A program made the translations under genes and the position numbers. DNA of 64,000 bases. Origin: an uncultured bacterium. Lineage in GTDB: Bacteria; Planctomycetota; UBA8108; UBA1146. Location of the stretch: positions 36,767 to 100,766 of the forward strand of contig CALJGL010000038.1 in assembly GCA_938075155.1 (NCBI GenBank), given 5' to 3'. The notes beneath the pieces are model-generated. The model was not told where the DNA came from, did no database searches, and saw only the letters and a program-made list of their open reading frames with translations. The first letter of the stretch is position 1. Each line of letters starts with the position of its first letter. Shown piece after piece: positions 35,966 through 45,253 of this stretch.

Positions 35966-38793
35966 TGTCATTCGGATTTGAGCAACCTCTACTCCTTCTT
36001 CTTTTAATTCCAGTAACGATTTTTGTCGTCTACCTTTGGAAAACTAGCAGAGCTCGAACTCCAGTTGCCGTGAATCAAGCATCTCTCATTTTGCGATTAC
36101 TCTGCACGTGGATTTTGATTTTCGGGCTCGCAGGCGTCTCTCAGTACAAGGAAGGTAAAGGCCTTTCAATAGTTGTTCTCAGAGACCTTTCTCAATCAGT
36201 TCCAAGGGTTGAGAGCGATTCTGCTCTGTCTCAAATATCAAATCGTATCGGCGACCTGAAGGCTCCTGATGAAGTGGGTCTCATTTCTTTTGGAAGAGAC
36301 TCGCGCTTAGAGCAAGGTATGTCCCTGAATCTCGGTAACGGAAAGGCGACTTCTCTGGATAACAGTTCCACAGATATCGCCTCTGCGCTGAGATATTCAG
36401 CGAGTTTTCTAAATTCGAATTCTGGAGGAGGTCTCAAGCGCATCATTTTGATCAGTGATGGAAATACCACTGAGGGAGATGCGCTGAGAGAGGCTAGGAA
36501 TCTGGCTGTTTCCGGGATACCCATCGATGTGTGGCCGATTTCCTATGACAGATTAAATGAAATATTAGTCGAGTCCGTCTCTGCCCCAGAAATGGTCGCA
36601 CCTGGACAAGTTTTTGGAGTCGATGCTGTTATTGATTCTTCTTCCAACTCAAAGGCTCAAGTGATTCTAAGGGAATCAGGTACAGTCATTGCTGAAAGAG
36701 AAGTTGATCTTGGTGTTGGAAAGAACAGAGTTTCATTTTCTTTAGATCCTTCCGAAAAAAGTAACAGGAAATTTACAGTTTCGGTCATACCTGCAACGGG
36801 CGCTGATTCGACCTTCGTGAATAATAGCGGCGCAACGTTAGTTCGTATGAGAAAGCCCTCAAGAGTAATCGTCGTTTCAGAGAACCAAGATTCAAGAATC
36901 GTCGACCATCTGGCAGGATCTAAAATACTTGTAGATCAAATGTCGCCTTCGCAACTCTCAAGCAGTGCTTTTGATTACTCAGAATACTCTGCAGTTGTGC
37001 TGGATAATGTCTCTTCATTTTTGTTCGAGAAACAGCAGACCCAACTGCTGGAGAGATTAGTGCACGATAACGGTTTGGGTTTACTGATGGTGGGGGGGCC
37101 AAATTCGTTTGGTCCGGGCGGGTGGGGTGGTACCCCTGTCGAGACCGCCTTGCCCGTCAGTATGGATATTCGTCAGCGAAAAGTTGTTCCCAACGGTGCA
37201 TTGGTCGTGATTCTTCACACTTGTGAATTTAAACAAGGAAATCTATGGGCGCGTCAGATCACCAAGAGTTCTCTCCGTGGATTAACTGCGAAGGATCACT
37301 TTGGAGTTTTGATGTATAAAGCTGGGGTCGATGGGTGGGGGATTCCCCTGAGTCCGGTCGCTGATATTCCAAATTTGAACGCTGTAATATCCAGATTGAG
37401 CCCCGAGGATATGCTTCAATTCGAACCCTCGATGTCGATGGCTTTTACTGCGTTGACCGGATCTGAATCACCCTCCGCATTCTCTAAGCATGTCGTGATC
37501 ATTTCAGATGGGGATCCGACTCCTCCTAGTAATGAGTTGTTGACGGGGTTCGCCAATAACTCCATCAAGATTTCGACAATTTGTATTCAACCGCATTCTG
37601 GTGAGTTTCCAGAATTGACTCTTAGGAAGATCTCCGATAGTACTGGAGGTCGTTTCTACCGAATGGACGATCCGAGTCAGCTTCCTAGAATCTTCTTTAG
37701 GGAAGCGCTTAGGGTTCGGAAGAACCTGATTCTAGAGAAACGTTTCCAACCCGTCCTGAGGGAATCCTCGGAGATTGTCGGTGGGTTGAATGAGACAGAT
37801 ATCCCGCCCCTCGATGGCATTGTTCTCACAACATTGAAACCTTTGGCTAAAGCAATACTGGTGAACGATGAGGACGACCCACTTCTCTCGACTCGACGGC
37901 ACGGCATTGGAGTGACTGCTGCATTTTCTTCAGATTCCGGAGATCGTTGGTCGGGGGATTGGGTGAGTTGGGAAGGCAATCGAACCTTTTGGTCTCAACT
38001 GCTGCGTTCGATTTCTAAAATAGAAGAAAATAAATATTTACAAGCGACAACTAGAGTCGATGGCCGAGGCGGAGTACTGATCATCGATGCCATCGATGCA
38101 GAGGGTCGCTTTGTGGATGGCCTTCAGTTTGACGGATCTGTATTGAATCCTGAATTGACCTCCAGGGATCTTGAAATTAAACAAGAGGGGCCTGGGAGAT
38201 ATATCGGGCACTTTCCAGTGAGGGAGCGTGGGGATTACCTTGTTCGCGTAGAAGCTACGAATAAGGAAGGCGAAGTGGAAGGTCTCTCAAGATATTTCAC
38301 AGTGGGTTATCCCGCAGAGTTTCGCTCTTTGAAATCGAATGAAGAATTCCTCGGAAAAATCGCGGATGTCTCGGGGGGTAGAGTGATCGACGATGAGTCC
38401 GATTTATTGGACAAGTCTGGTCCCAATACTAATAGCCAGTCTCTTCTGTGGCCCCAGTTGACAATGTTGGCTCTTTGTCTTTTCTTCTTTGATGCTGCGA
38501 TTCGCAGAATTCAGCTGGAACCGTTTTCCCGTTCAAAGAAGCAGAAAGCAAATGCTGCTGAAATGAGCGAAGAGGAGACCGCCACCGTCGCTGCTTCTCC
38601 CGGGAGGCGATTTGGAAGGTCAGCACGGTCTGGGGCGGGAGATCAAATTCCTGATCCCGACAGTTCAGCCAAAAAAACTGGGGAACTTGAAAATGAGGAG
38701 AGCAAGGACCTGAAGGCTCTACTCCGTGTAAGACGTAAGAATCGCCGACAATCCTCCTCAGGGGATTCTGAGAATCCGGACAACCTCGGTTGA
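35962..38793 (+). CDS. Membrane protein with two vWA domains and a central glutamine-amidotransferase-like domain
   Basis: N-terminal BatA-like TM (FEQPLLLLLLIP), MIDAS DLSQS and IILISDGN; GLLMVGGPNSFGPGGW..TPVETALPV; second vWA HVVIISDG; C-terminal TM. Confidence 0.8.
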   Translation: MMSFGFEQPLLLLLLIPVTIFVVYLWKTSRARTPVAVNQASLILRLLCTWILIFGLAGVSQYKEGKGLSIVVLRDLSQSVPRVESDSALSQISNRIGDLKAPDEVGLISFGRDSRLEQGMSLNLGNGKATSLDNSSTDIASALRYSASFLNSNSGGGLKRIILISDGNTTEGDALREARNLAVSGIPIDVWPISYDRLNEILVESVSAPEMVAPGQVFGVDAVIDSSSNSKAQVILRESGTVIAEREVDLGVGKNRVSFSLDPSEKSNRKFTVSVIPATGADSTFVNNSGATLVRMRKPSRVIVVSENQDSRIVDHLAGSKILVDQMSPSQLSSSAFDYSEYSAVVLDNVSSFLFEKQQTQLLERLVHDNGLGLLMVGGPNSFGPGGWGGTPVETALPVSMDIRQRKVVPNGALVVILHTCEFKQGNLWARQITKSSLRGLTAKDHFGVLMYKAGVDGWGIPLSPVADIPNLNAVISRLSPEDMLQFEPSMSMAFTALTGSESPSAFSKHVVIISDGDPTPPSNELLTGFANNSIKISTICIQPHSGEFPELTLRKISDSTGGRFYRMDDPSQLPRIFFREALRVRKNLILEKRFQPVLRESSEIVGGLNETDIPPLDGIVLTTLKPLAKAILVNDEDDPLLSTRRHGIGVTAAFSSDSGDRWSGDWVSWEGNRTFWSQLLRSISKIEENKYLQATTRVDGRGGVLIIDAIDAEGRFVDGLQFDGSVLNPELTSRDLEIKQEGPGRYIGHFPVRERGDYLVRVEATNKEGEVEGLSRYFTVGYPAEFRSLKSNEEFLGKIADVSGGRVIDDESDLLDKSGPNTNSQSLLWPQLTMLALCLFFFDAAIRRIQLEPFSRSKKQKANAAEMSEEETATVAASPGRRFGRSARSGAGDQIPDPDSSAKKTGELENEESKDLKALLRVRRKNRRQSSSGDSENPDNLG

Positions 38794-38826
38794 CGCTGAC
38801 CGCTCGAGTGCTCAACATCCATTGTC

Positions 38827-39708
38827 GTGTCGCAGAGTGATCGGAATCGCGTCGCCGGAGGTCAATTGAGTTCCACAGAAGTATCGAATGGGAATCCCGG
38901 TGTACCCGCTCATGGGCTAAGACAGCCCCTGACAGTGGTCGCAGCGATGCTCAACGAGAAAGAGAATCTCAAGCCTTGGCTAGAGAATCTTGAATGGGCA
39001 GACCAGATCATTCTCGTCGACCACGGAAGTGTCGATGGCTCGTTAGAACAGGCTCGTCTTCAACCCAATTGCCATTGCATCTCGGCCCCTCCCGGCGAAG
39101 GTCTCATCGAAGATATTCGGAGGTTGGGTATTGCCGAAGTTTCAGAGGGCTGGGTTCTGATCATGGATCTCGACGAAAGGGTCTCTGGTGAATTGAAGTC
39201 AGAGATTGAAGCGGTGGTCGAGTCGGACTCCACAGTCTGCGGATACCGAATACCTTTTCGTCACTATGTCTTCGGGCGGTGGCTCAAGCATGGAGGCTGG
39301 GATGATCTGCACTTGAGGCTTTTTCGTGCAGGGCAGGGAACCTACGTCCCTGGTCGTATCCACGCTGACGCCGTTGTAGAGGGAGAAGTTGAGAATCTCC
39401 AGTCGAGTATTCTTCACTTTGCCCATCCCACCTTGCACGATTTTGTTATGCGTATGAATCGCTATACCACTCAAAGTGCCCCACTTCTGTCGAGTGGAGA
39501 GCCCGGTGGATTACGCAAGCGGGTGATGCTCCCAGCATCTCGTTGGAGATGGTTGCAAGCGAGCGCATCTTTCTTTTGGACTCGATACATCACTCATCGC
39601 GGCTTTCGTGATGGAATGGCCGGGTTTGTCATCGCTGTCATGCTTTCTGCCTACTTGTTTGTAGAGCAGTCAAAGGCTTGGGAGTATTCATTGGAGACTC
39701 AGTCATGA
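38827..39708 (+). CDS. Glycosyltransferase family 2 (LPS core glycosyltransferase WaaE/KdtX-like)
   Basis: MLNEKENL...LEWADQIILVDHGSVDGS, WVLIMDLDERVS, LRLFR, IHAD, LHFAHPT...RMNRYT. Confidence 0.88.
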   Translation: MSQSDRNRVAGGQLSSTEVSNGNPGVPAHGLRQPLTVVAAMLNEKENLKPWLENLEWADQIILVDHGSVDGSLEQARLQPNCHCISAPPGEGLIEDIRRLGIAEVSEGWVLIMDLDERVSGELKSEIEAVVESDSTVCGYRIPFRHYVFGRWLKHGGWDDLHLRLFRAGQGTYVPGRIHADAVVEGEVENLQSSILHFAHPTLHDFVMRMNRYTTQSAPLLSSGEPGGLRKRVMLPASRWRWLQASASFFWTRYITHRGFRDGMAGFVIAVMLSAYLFVEQSKAWEYSLETQS

Positions 39709-41852
39709 CAGCTCCCGAACAGCGAACTGCCGCTAGCGGCTTATGGCGGCTTCTCGGCCATGTCAGGCCATATAAAACGACTATTGCAGGCATTGTATTG
39801 CTGATGGCCCTTTATTCAGGGGCGAACAGTTTAAGAATTGCTGCTATGGGATTAGTGATCGATGGGGTCGTGACCTCGGGGTCCAAAGAAGATAGAGGAA
39901 GAGCGAGTCGATTCTTCGAAGATGAGTTATTGCCACTCTTGCCCGGGGATATTGCTCTTCCCAGTGAAGAAGTTTCAACTCTTCACTTAACGGAGGTGGA
40001 GATTCTTGGAATTCCGGAGAACCCAGAGAGCGATGGAACAATTCTCGTTCGGGAAGCCCGGATTACTCATGCGCTCATGAGCGGTGGAAGTGTGCTGAAG
40101 AGCGAGGGCAGTCCTGTCACTCTCAGATTCCGCCCGACAGATCCGTTTACATGGGAGTCGACTTCCTTAGACGAGAGTCAAAGTAAACTTCAAAAAGCTC
40201 AGCTCGCAGGGCCACTGGTCGTATCCATTATTTCGGGAACGCCAGGAACCGGAACGATGACCTTGTTGTGGTTTTGTGCAGGATTGATCGCAGCGATTTC
40301 GCTCGTAGTGGCATTCTCTGGTTTCTATCGTGCCATCATGGGACAAGGTGTCCGCATTCAGGTCATTATTGATATTCGACAACGACTCTTTGGTAGCTTG
40401 TCGCGGCAGTCCTTGGATTTCTTTGAATCACGAAAACATGGAGACGTTGTTTCTCGTACAGTGGGAGATGTCAGTACTCTATCCTCTTCAATACAATTGC
40501 TCTTTGGAGAGTTCCTCCAAAGCCCGCTGACGGTTCTCTTTTCTTTGGGACTGGCATTCTTTGCTTCTTGGGAATTAACTCTCATTACAATTCCATTTCT
40601 TCTTCTTCTGGTGTTTCCAGTTTTCCGGCAGGCGAGGAAAGTTCGCAGAGGGGCGAAGGGGGCTTTGTCGCACGCTGGAGAAACGACAGAAGGCCTTTCT
40701 CAATTGCTTTCAGGAATCAGGGTTATTAAAACCTTTGGTCTTGAAGAGCAGAGAGAGAAGCAATTCGATCAGACTGCCAAGTCTTTGCAGGCAGCACAGG
40801 TAAAAACTGAAGTCGCTCGTGCCAAAGGCCGAAGCATGGTGGAAGGGCTCTACAACCTTTTATCGGCGGGAGTCGTTGCAGGAGGCGGCTGGTTTTTACT
40901 AAGAGGGGAAGTGTCGATCAGTTTTGGAGACTTTGCCATATTCATGGCTGCGATCATCTCCTGTTATACACCGATCAAAAATTTGGCGAGAATGGTCACG
41001 ACTTTAGCGGAGTCATCTGCTGCGACCGATCGTATTTTCGACATCATCGATGCTCCTGTATTGCTGAAAGATAATGTCGATGCGAAGTCATTTCCTGGTC
41101 TGAAAAGTGGTATCGAGTTTAGGGATGTTTGTTATCGATATTCTCATCAGGAAGAATTCGCCATCTCTGATATGAGCTTCTCTGTATCTAGAGGAGAGAA
41201 GGTGGCGCTCGTCGGGCCCTCGGGTGCCGGAAAATCAACATTGTTTGACCTGCTTGCGCGACTGAGAGAGCAAGGAAAAGGATCGATTCTTCTGGATGGA
41301 GAGGACTCAAGAGGGTTTACCCAGAGTTCTATACTTCGCCAGATTGCTTTTGTGGGTCAGGATCCTTTCCTCTTCAATTCGACTGTCGAGGAAAACATCA
41401 GGGGTGCTGAACTCGGAGCATCTCGGGAGCAAATTATTGAAGCTGCACGATCTGCTGCGATTCATGAGGATATTCTCGCCCTTCCTGAAGGGTACGAAAC
41501 GTCCTTGGGGGAGAGAGGCGATCGTTTGTCAGGTGGGCAGCGTCAGAGGTTGACGATTGCGAGAGCATTCCTCAGGGATGCTCCGATACTGCTTCTCGAC
41601 GAAGCCACTGCTGCTTTGGATTCAGAAAGTGAGCAGCTGGTCCAGGTGGCTTTAGAGAGACTGATGAAGGATAGAACCGTATTGGTGATAGCCCATCGCC
41701 TGTCGACGGTTCAGGACGCGGACAGAGTCCTTGTTCTTCAGGATGGTCAAATCGTTGAGCAGGGGTGCGACGCCGACTTGAGAAAAGCGGGAGGCCTCTA
41801 TTCCCGACTCCGGGATCTCCAAGAGCTGGATTTGGCCAAGAAAAGCCGATAG
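39705..41852 (+). CDS. ABC exporter, fused TMD+NBD, MsbA-like, with a ~130-aa insertion in the first extracytoplasmic loop
   Basis: Walker A VGPSGAGKST, signature LSGGQRQRLTIARA, Walker B LLLDEATAALD, H-loop VIAHRLST; six-TM exporter domain; ATGA overlap with the GT2 gene. Confidence 0.9.
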   Translation: MTAPEQRTAASGLWRLLGHVRPYKTTIAGIVLLMALYSGANSLRIAAMGLVIDGVVTSGSKEDRGRASRFFEDELLPLLPGDIALPSEEVSTLHLTEVEILGIPENPESDGTILVREARITHALMSGGSVLKSEGSPVTLRFRPTDPFTWESTSLDESQSKLQKAQLAGPLVVSIISGTPGTGTMTLLWFCAGLIAAISLVVAFSGFYRAIMGQGVRIQVIIDIRQRLFGSLSRQSLDFFESRKHGDVVSRTVGDVSTLSSSIQLLFGEFLQSPLTVLFSLGLAFFASWELTLITIPFLLLLVFPVFRQARKVRRGAKGALSHAGETTEGLSQLLSGIRVIKTFGLEEQREKQFDQTAKSLQAAQVKTEVARAKGRSMVEGLYNLLSAGVVAGGGWFLLRGEVSISFGDFAIFMAAIISCYTPIKNLARMVTTLAESSAATDRIFDIIDAPVLLKDNVDAKSFPGLKSGIEFRDVCYRYSHQEEFAISDMSFSVSRGEKVALVGPSGAGKSTLFDLLARLREQGKGSILLDGEDSRGFTQSSILRQIAFVGQDPFLFNSTVEENIRGAELGASREQIIEAARSAAIHEDILALPEGYETSLGERGDRLSGGQRQRLTIARAFLRDAPILLLDEATAALDSESEQLVQVALERLMKDRTVLVIAHRLSTVQDADRVLVLQDGQIVEQGCDADLRKAGGLYSRLRDLQELDLAKKSR

Positions 41853-41914
41853 GGTCGGCTAAATGCGGCCCAATCGTGTATTTTCTGCATGTTTGTATTT
41901 AATGAATGTCACCT

Positions 41915-41944
41915 TTGTCACTCCCATGTATCTCGATCAATAAT
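41915..41944 (+). promoter_or_regulatory. Possible sigma70-type promoter with no downstream plus-strand CDS
   Basis: TTGTCA-18 nt-AATAAT, each hexamer 5/6 to consensus. Confidence 0.3.
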
Positions 41945-42094
41945 TTTAATTGCCTTATATGCCCCTATTGGAGGCAATTCAGGGCTTTGAGGGAAAGTTT
42001 CCCGGCAATTGGCCCCGACCTTGCTTTGTAAGTTAACAAAGGAACGAGGTTGTCTTCAATGAGACCTCGGGATTAATCAGACTCTTCCTCGCTG

Positions 42095-42150
42095 TTTGGG
42101 AGTGTGAGTTCGGCCCTCTATATCGCCGGGATCACCTCCCAAATTTTTTT
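42095..42150 (+). terminator. Intrinsic terminator
   Basis: TTTGGGAG / CTCCCAAA outer stem plus inner GTGA/TCAC pairing, followed by T7. Confidence 0.65.
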
Positions 42151-42163
42151 GCCCCCACATATT

Positions 42164-43300
42164 TCAGTGTGGCGTGGCTTCCAAAATATCAGCCATGGCC
42201 TTTATCACTCGTGAGGGATCTCCCTCGTTGAGACGGTGATGGACCGGGAGTGCCAATACGCTGAGGGCCGCATTGTCGGCGACAGGGAAGTGTTTCTGAG
42301 CAGAAGGGAGATCTGCGAAACAGGGCTGCGAAGGAAGGGTGCCAGGATAGTAAATGCCACTATCGATACCACGGGAAGCAAGCTGCTCTCGAAGGAGATC
42401 TCTGGCATCTGTTTGAATAATGAACTGGTGCCAGCAGTGTTCTGACCCCGGAGTTCGCTCGAGGGGTTTGATACGATCGAGCAGATTATTTTCACTCAAT
42501 GCTTGTAGATACTCTGTGGCATTTCGTTCCCTAATATCTTGTTGCTGCTTCAGTCTTCCTAATTTCACGGAAAGTATGGCGCCCTGGAAACCATCCATGC
42601 GGGCATTCCAGCCTAAACTTTCATGGCAGTAACCACCCGTATCTCCGTGAACTCGTAACTGACGGATTTGTGTCGCAATCTTATCGTCGTTGGTCACGAC
42701 CATTCCGGCATCACCTGCAGCGGCCAAATTCTTGGTGGGGTAAAAAGAGAAAGCTCCCGCAGATCCGATCGCACCTGAAGATTTCCCTTTGTAGCGAACA
42801 CCAAATGACTGTGCTGCATCCTCGACAACTGGAATGTTTCGAGTGGAAGAAATCTTCATGATCGAATCCATGTCAGACGTCTGTCCGTAGAGTTGAACAG
42901 GCATGATGGCTCGAGTTCGGTCGGTGATGGCACTCTCGATGAGAGCGGTGTCGATGCATAAGGTTCCCGGATCGAGATCAACGAAAATCGGGTGGGCTCC
43001 TAGCTGGCGAATTACGGAAGCGGTGGAGAAGAAACTGTATGCAGGGAGAATCACTTCATCGCCGGGTTGGACTCCGGAGGCCTTGAGGCAAATCTTAAGT
43101 CCATCGGTTCCGTTTGAGACCCCGAACGCATGCTCGACATCCAATTGCTCTTTGCAGGAGTTTTCAAATGTCTCAACTGCTGATCCCAGGCAATAGCCAT
43201 TTTGATCGATAACCGCTTCGACTGCTGAAAGCCAGGCGGCCTTCTCTGCCGCATCGTCTGGCCCGACTGCTACCATTCGTATTCTCTGATCTTCGTTCAT
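42164..43300 (-). CDS. DegT/DnrJ/EryC1/StrS family PLP-dependent sugar aminotransferase
   Basis: GVSNGTDGL, IMPVQLYGQ, VVEDAAQS, FSFYPTKNLAAAGDAG, GWNARMD, LALPVH. Start at ATG 43300. Confidence 0.93.
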   Translation of the reverse strand: MNEDQRIRMVAVGPDDAAEKAAWLSAVEAVIDQNGYCLGSAVETFENSCKEQLDVEHAFGVSNGTDGLKICLKASGVQPGDEVILPAYSFFSTASVIRQLGAHPIFVDLDPGTLCIDTALIESAITDRTRAIMPVQLYGQTSDMDSIMKISSTRNIPVVEDAAQSFGVRYKGKSSGAIGSAGAFSFYPTKNLAAAGDAGMVVTNDDKIATQIRQLRVHGDTGGYCHESLGWNARMDGFQGAILSVKLGRLKQQQDIRERNATEYLQALSENNLLDRIKPLERTPGSEHCWHQFIIQTDARDLLREQLASRGIDSGIYYPGTLPSQPCFADLPSAQKHFPVADNAALSVLALPVHHRLNEGDPSRVIKAMADILEATPH

Positions 43301-43313
43301 GGAGAGCTTTCTT

Positions 43314-44282
43314 CTAGCATTTGTTCTTCTGTTGCTGGGCATTAAACCAAGAGACAAATTTTTCGACACCATCTTCGATGGAGGTTTGTGGTGAGTAGCC
43401 CAGGAACTGGTTTGCTTTATCGATGGAGGCGCATGTTCGGGATACGTCCCCTGCAGGTGCGGGGAGACGATCGATTTCGACTGGAAGCCCGCATGACTTT
43501 CCGATCAGTTCAATCAGCCCATCCAGACGGATACTGCGATGATTTCCTAGATTGAGTATTTCGAAACCGGAAACTCGATCTAAGGCTGAAATTGTTCCTG
43601 TCACGATGTCATCGATGTAAGTGAAATCCCGTTCCATAGATCCATCGCCAAACATGGGGATTGCTTGTCCTTGCTGGATCATCGAAGTGAATCGGTGGAT
43701 CGCCATTTCAGGACGTTGACGTGGTCCGTATACGGTGAAGTATCTGAGGCAGAAGATGTTGATGTCGTGAAGATGATGGAATGCATGGCATATCACCTCC
43801 CCCGCTTTTTTCGTTGCAGCGTAGGGAGAAACAGGTTGGTCAACAGGATCAGTTTCCCTAAATGGTACTTCGTTGCGGTCGCCATAGACGGAAGAAGAGG
43901 AGGCGAAAACAAAGTGATCAATCGAATGATTTCTGGCCATCTCTAAAAGTTGTGTTGTTCCGTTGAGATTGACGTCCACGTAGAGAGCCGGCTCTTGGAT
44001 GGATGGACGAACACCTGCTCTTGCTGCGAGATGAATAATTCCATCAATGCGATGATTGCGGGCGATGTGTTCCAAAAGTTGAGGATCTCGGATGTCTCCG
44101 GTCACAGAAGTGAATCCTTCAAGTGCCGAGAGATGATGAAGGTGAGATCTTTTGATGGCCGGGTCGTAATAATCATCAAGATTATCAAGGCAGATGACTT
44201 CGTCACCCCGTGAGAGAAGCCTCTCACAGACATGACTTCCAATAAAGCCCGCTCCACCTGTTACGAGTACGCTTCTTGACAA
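43314..44282 (-). CDS. NAD-dependent nucleotide-sugar epimerase (UDP-glucuronate 4-epimerase-like)
   Basis: LVTGGAGFIGSH, IHLAARAGVRPS, ASSSSVYG, YAATK (YxxxK), LRYFTVYGPRQRPEMA, RDFTYIDD. Confidence 0.93.
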   Translation of the reverse strand: MSRSVLVTGGAGFIGSHVCERLLSRGDEVICLDNLDDYYDPAIKRSHLHHLSALEGFTSVTGDIRDPQLLEHIARNHRIDGIIHLAARAGVRPSIQEPALYVDVNLNGTTQLLEMARNHSIDHFVFASSSSVYGDRNEVPFRETDPVDQPVSPYAATKKAGEVICHAFHHLHDINIFCLRYFTVYGPRQRPEMAIHRFTSMIQQGQAIPMFGDGSMERDFTYIDDIVTGTISALDRVSGFEILNLGNHRSIRLDGLIELIGKSCGLPVEIDRLPAPAGDVSRTCASIDKANQFLGYSPQTSIEDGVEKFVSWFNAQQQKNKC

Positions 44283-44430
44283 GGCTTCTTCCTCTCCTTG
44301 TTGATTCTCACTCGATCGGTTCTGCAGACGATCCCGACCTGTTGAGTTTGATAGTTCCGAGTGGATGCTAACTCGACAAGAGGAAATTCAGCAGGTGTAT
44401 TTGGCAGGATATTGCAGTTTTTTTGACGAA

Positions 44431-45153
44431 TCAGGTGTAGCGGGTGGGGTCTTCGACTCCTGCTTCTTCAAATCCTCGTCTGCGTAAGCCACAAGAATCG
44501 CAAATTCCACAGGCCAGGCCCTTTTGATCCGGGTTGTAGCAGGAATGTGTCAGAGAGAGGTCTACCCCTAGAGTGTTTGCCGTTTTGACGATGTCCGCCT
44601 TGGACATGTCGGAGAGGGGGGCATGGATTCGCCAAAAAGGTTCTCCATCCGCCTCATGACTCGATCCATCCCGCGTTCCCCGGTGAATCGTCTCGAGAAA
44701 GGAGGCGAGAAATTCGGGGCGACAATCGGGATATCCGCTGTAATCGAGTGCGTTCACGCCTATCCAAATATCGCGGACTCCTCGGGCTTCAGCAACTGCA
44801 GTGGCGATGGAGAGAAAGACCAAATTACGAGCTGGGACGTACGTAGACGGGATTTGATCCCTCTCCTGCGCGCCTTTTTCCGGCTCAACAGGAACTTCCT
44901 CAGTTCCCAAGAGGGAGGATCCTCCAATTTGACGATATGGAAGGTCCAGAATCAAAGGTGCGGGAAGATCGAGCGATCGGGCGACGCGTTGAAGGCATTC
45001 CAATTCGATTTCATGACGCTGGCCATAGCGGAAAGCGAGAGGCAGAGGCTTGTACCCCTTTGATACCGCGATCCCGAGCACTGTGGTCGAATCGAGCCCA
45101 CCACTTGAGAGAGCGATCGAGTCACATTCGAAATGATTTGTATTTTCAGGCAT
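44431..45153 (-). CDS. queC: 7-cyano-7-deazaguanine synthase
   Basis: SSGGLDSTT, YGQRH..EL, STYVPARNLVFL, DYSGYPDCRPEF, THSCY, CGICDSC; RBS AGGAG before ATG 45153. Confidence 0.97.
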   Translation of the reverse strand: MPENTNHFECDSIALSSGGLDSTTVLGIAVSKGYKPLPLAFRYGQRHEIELECLQRVARSLDLPAPLILDLPYRQIGGSSLLGTEEVPVEPEKGAQERDQIPSTYVPARNLVFLSIATAVAEARGVRDIWIGVNALDYSGYPDCRPEFLASFLETIHRGTRDGSSHEADGEPFWRIHAPLSDMSKADIVKTANTLGVDLSLTHSCYNPDQKGLACGICDSCGLRRRGFEEAGVEDPTRYT

Positions 45154-45253
45154 ATCTTTCTCCTGTTGGTCGATCAGTGTTCTGTCGTATATCCTGACAC
45201 CTCGAGGACAACAAGTCCCAGTTTCTGGACCCCGAAAGGGTGAGGGGGAATTC

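Noticed and set aside
45154-45253. preQ1 riboswitch upstream of queC
   Set aside because: The 100-nt divergent spacer lacks the short stem plus A-rich tail pattern of preQ1-I.
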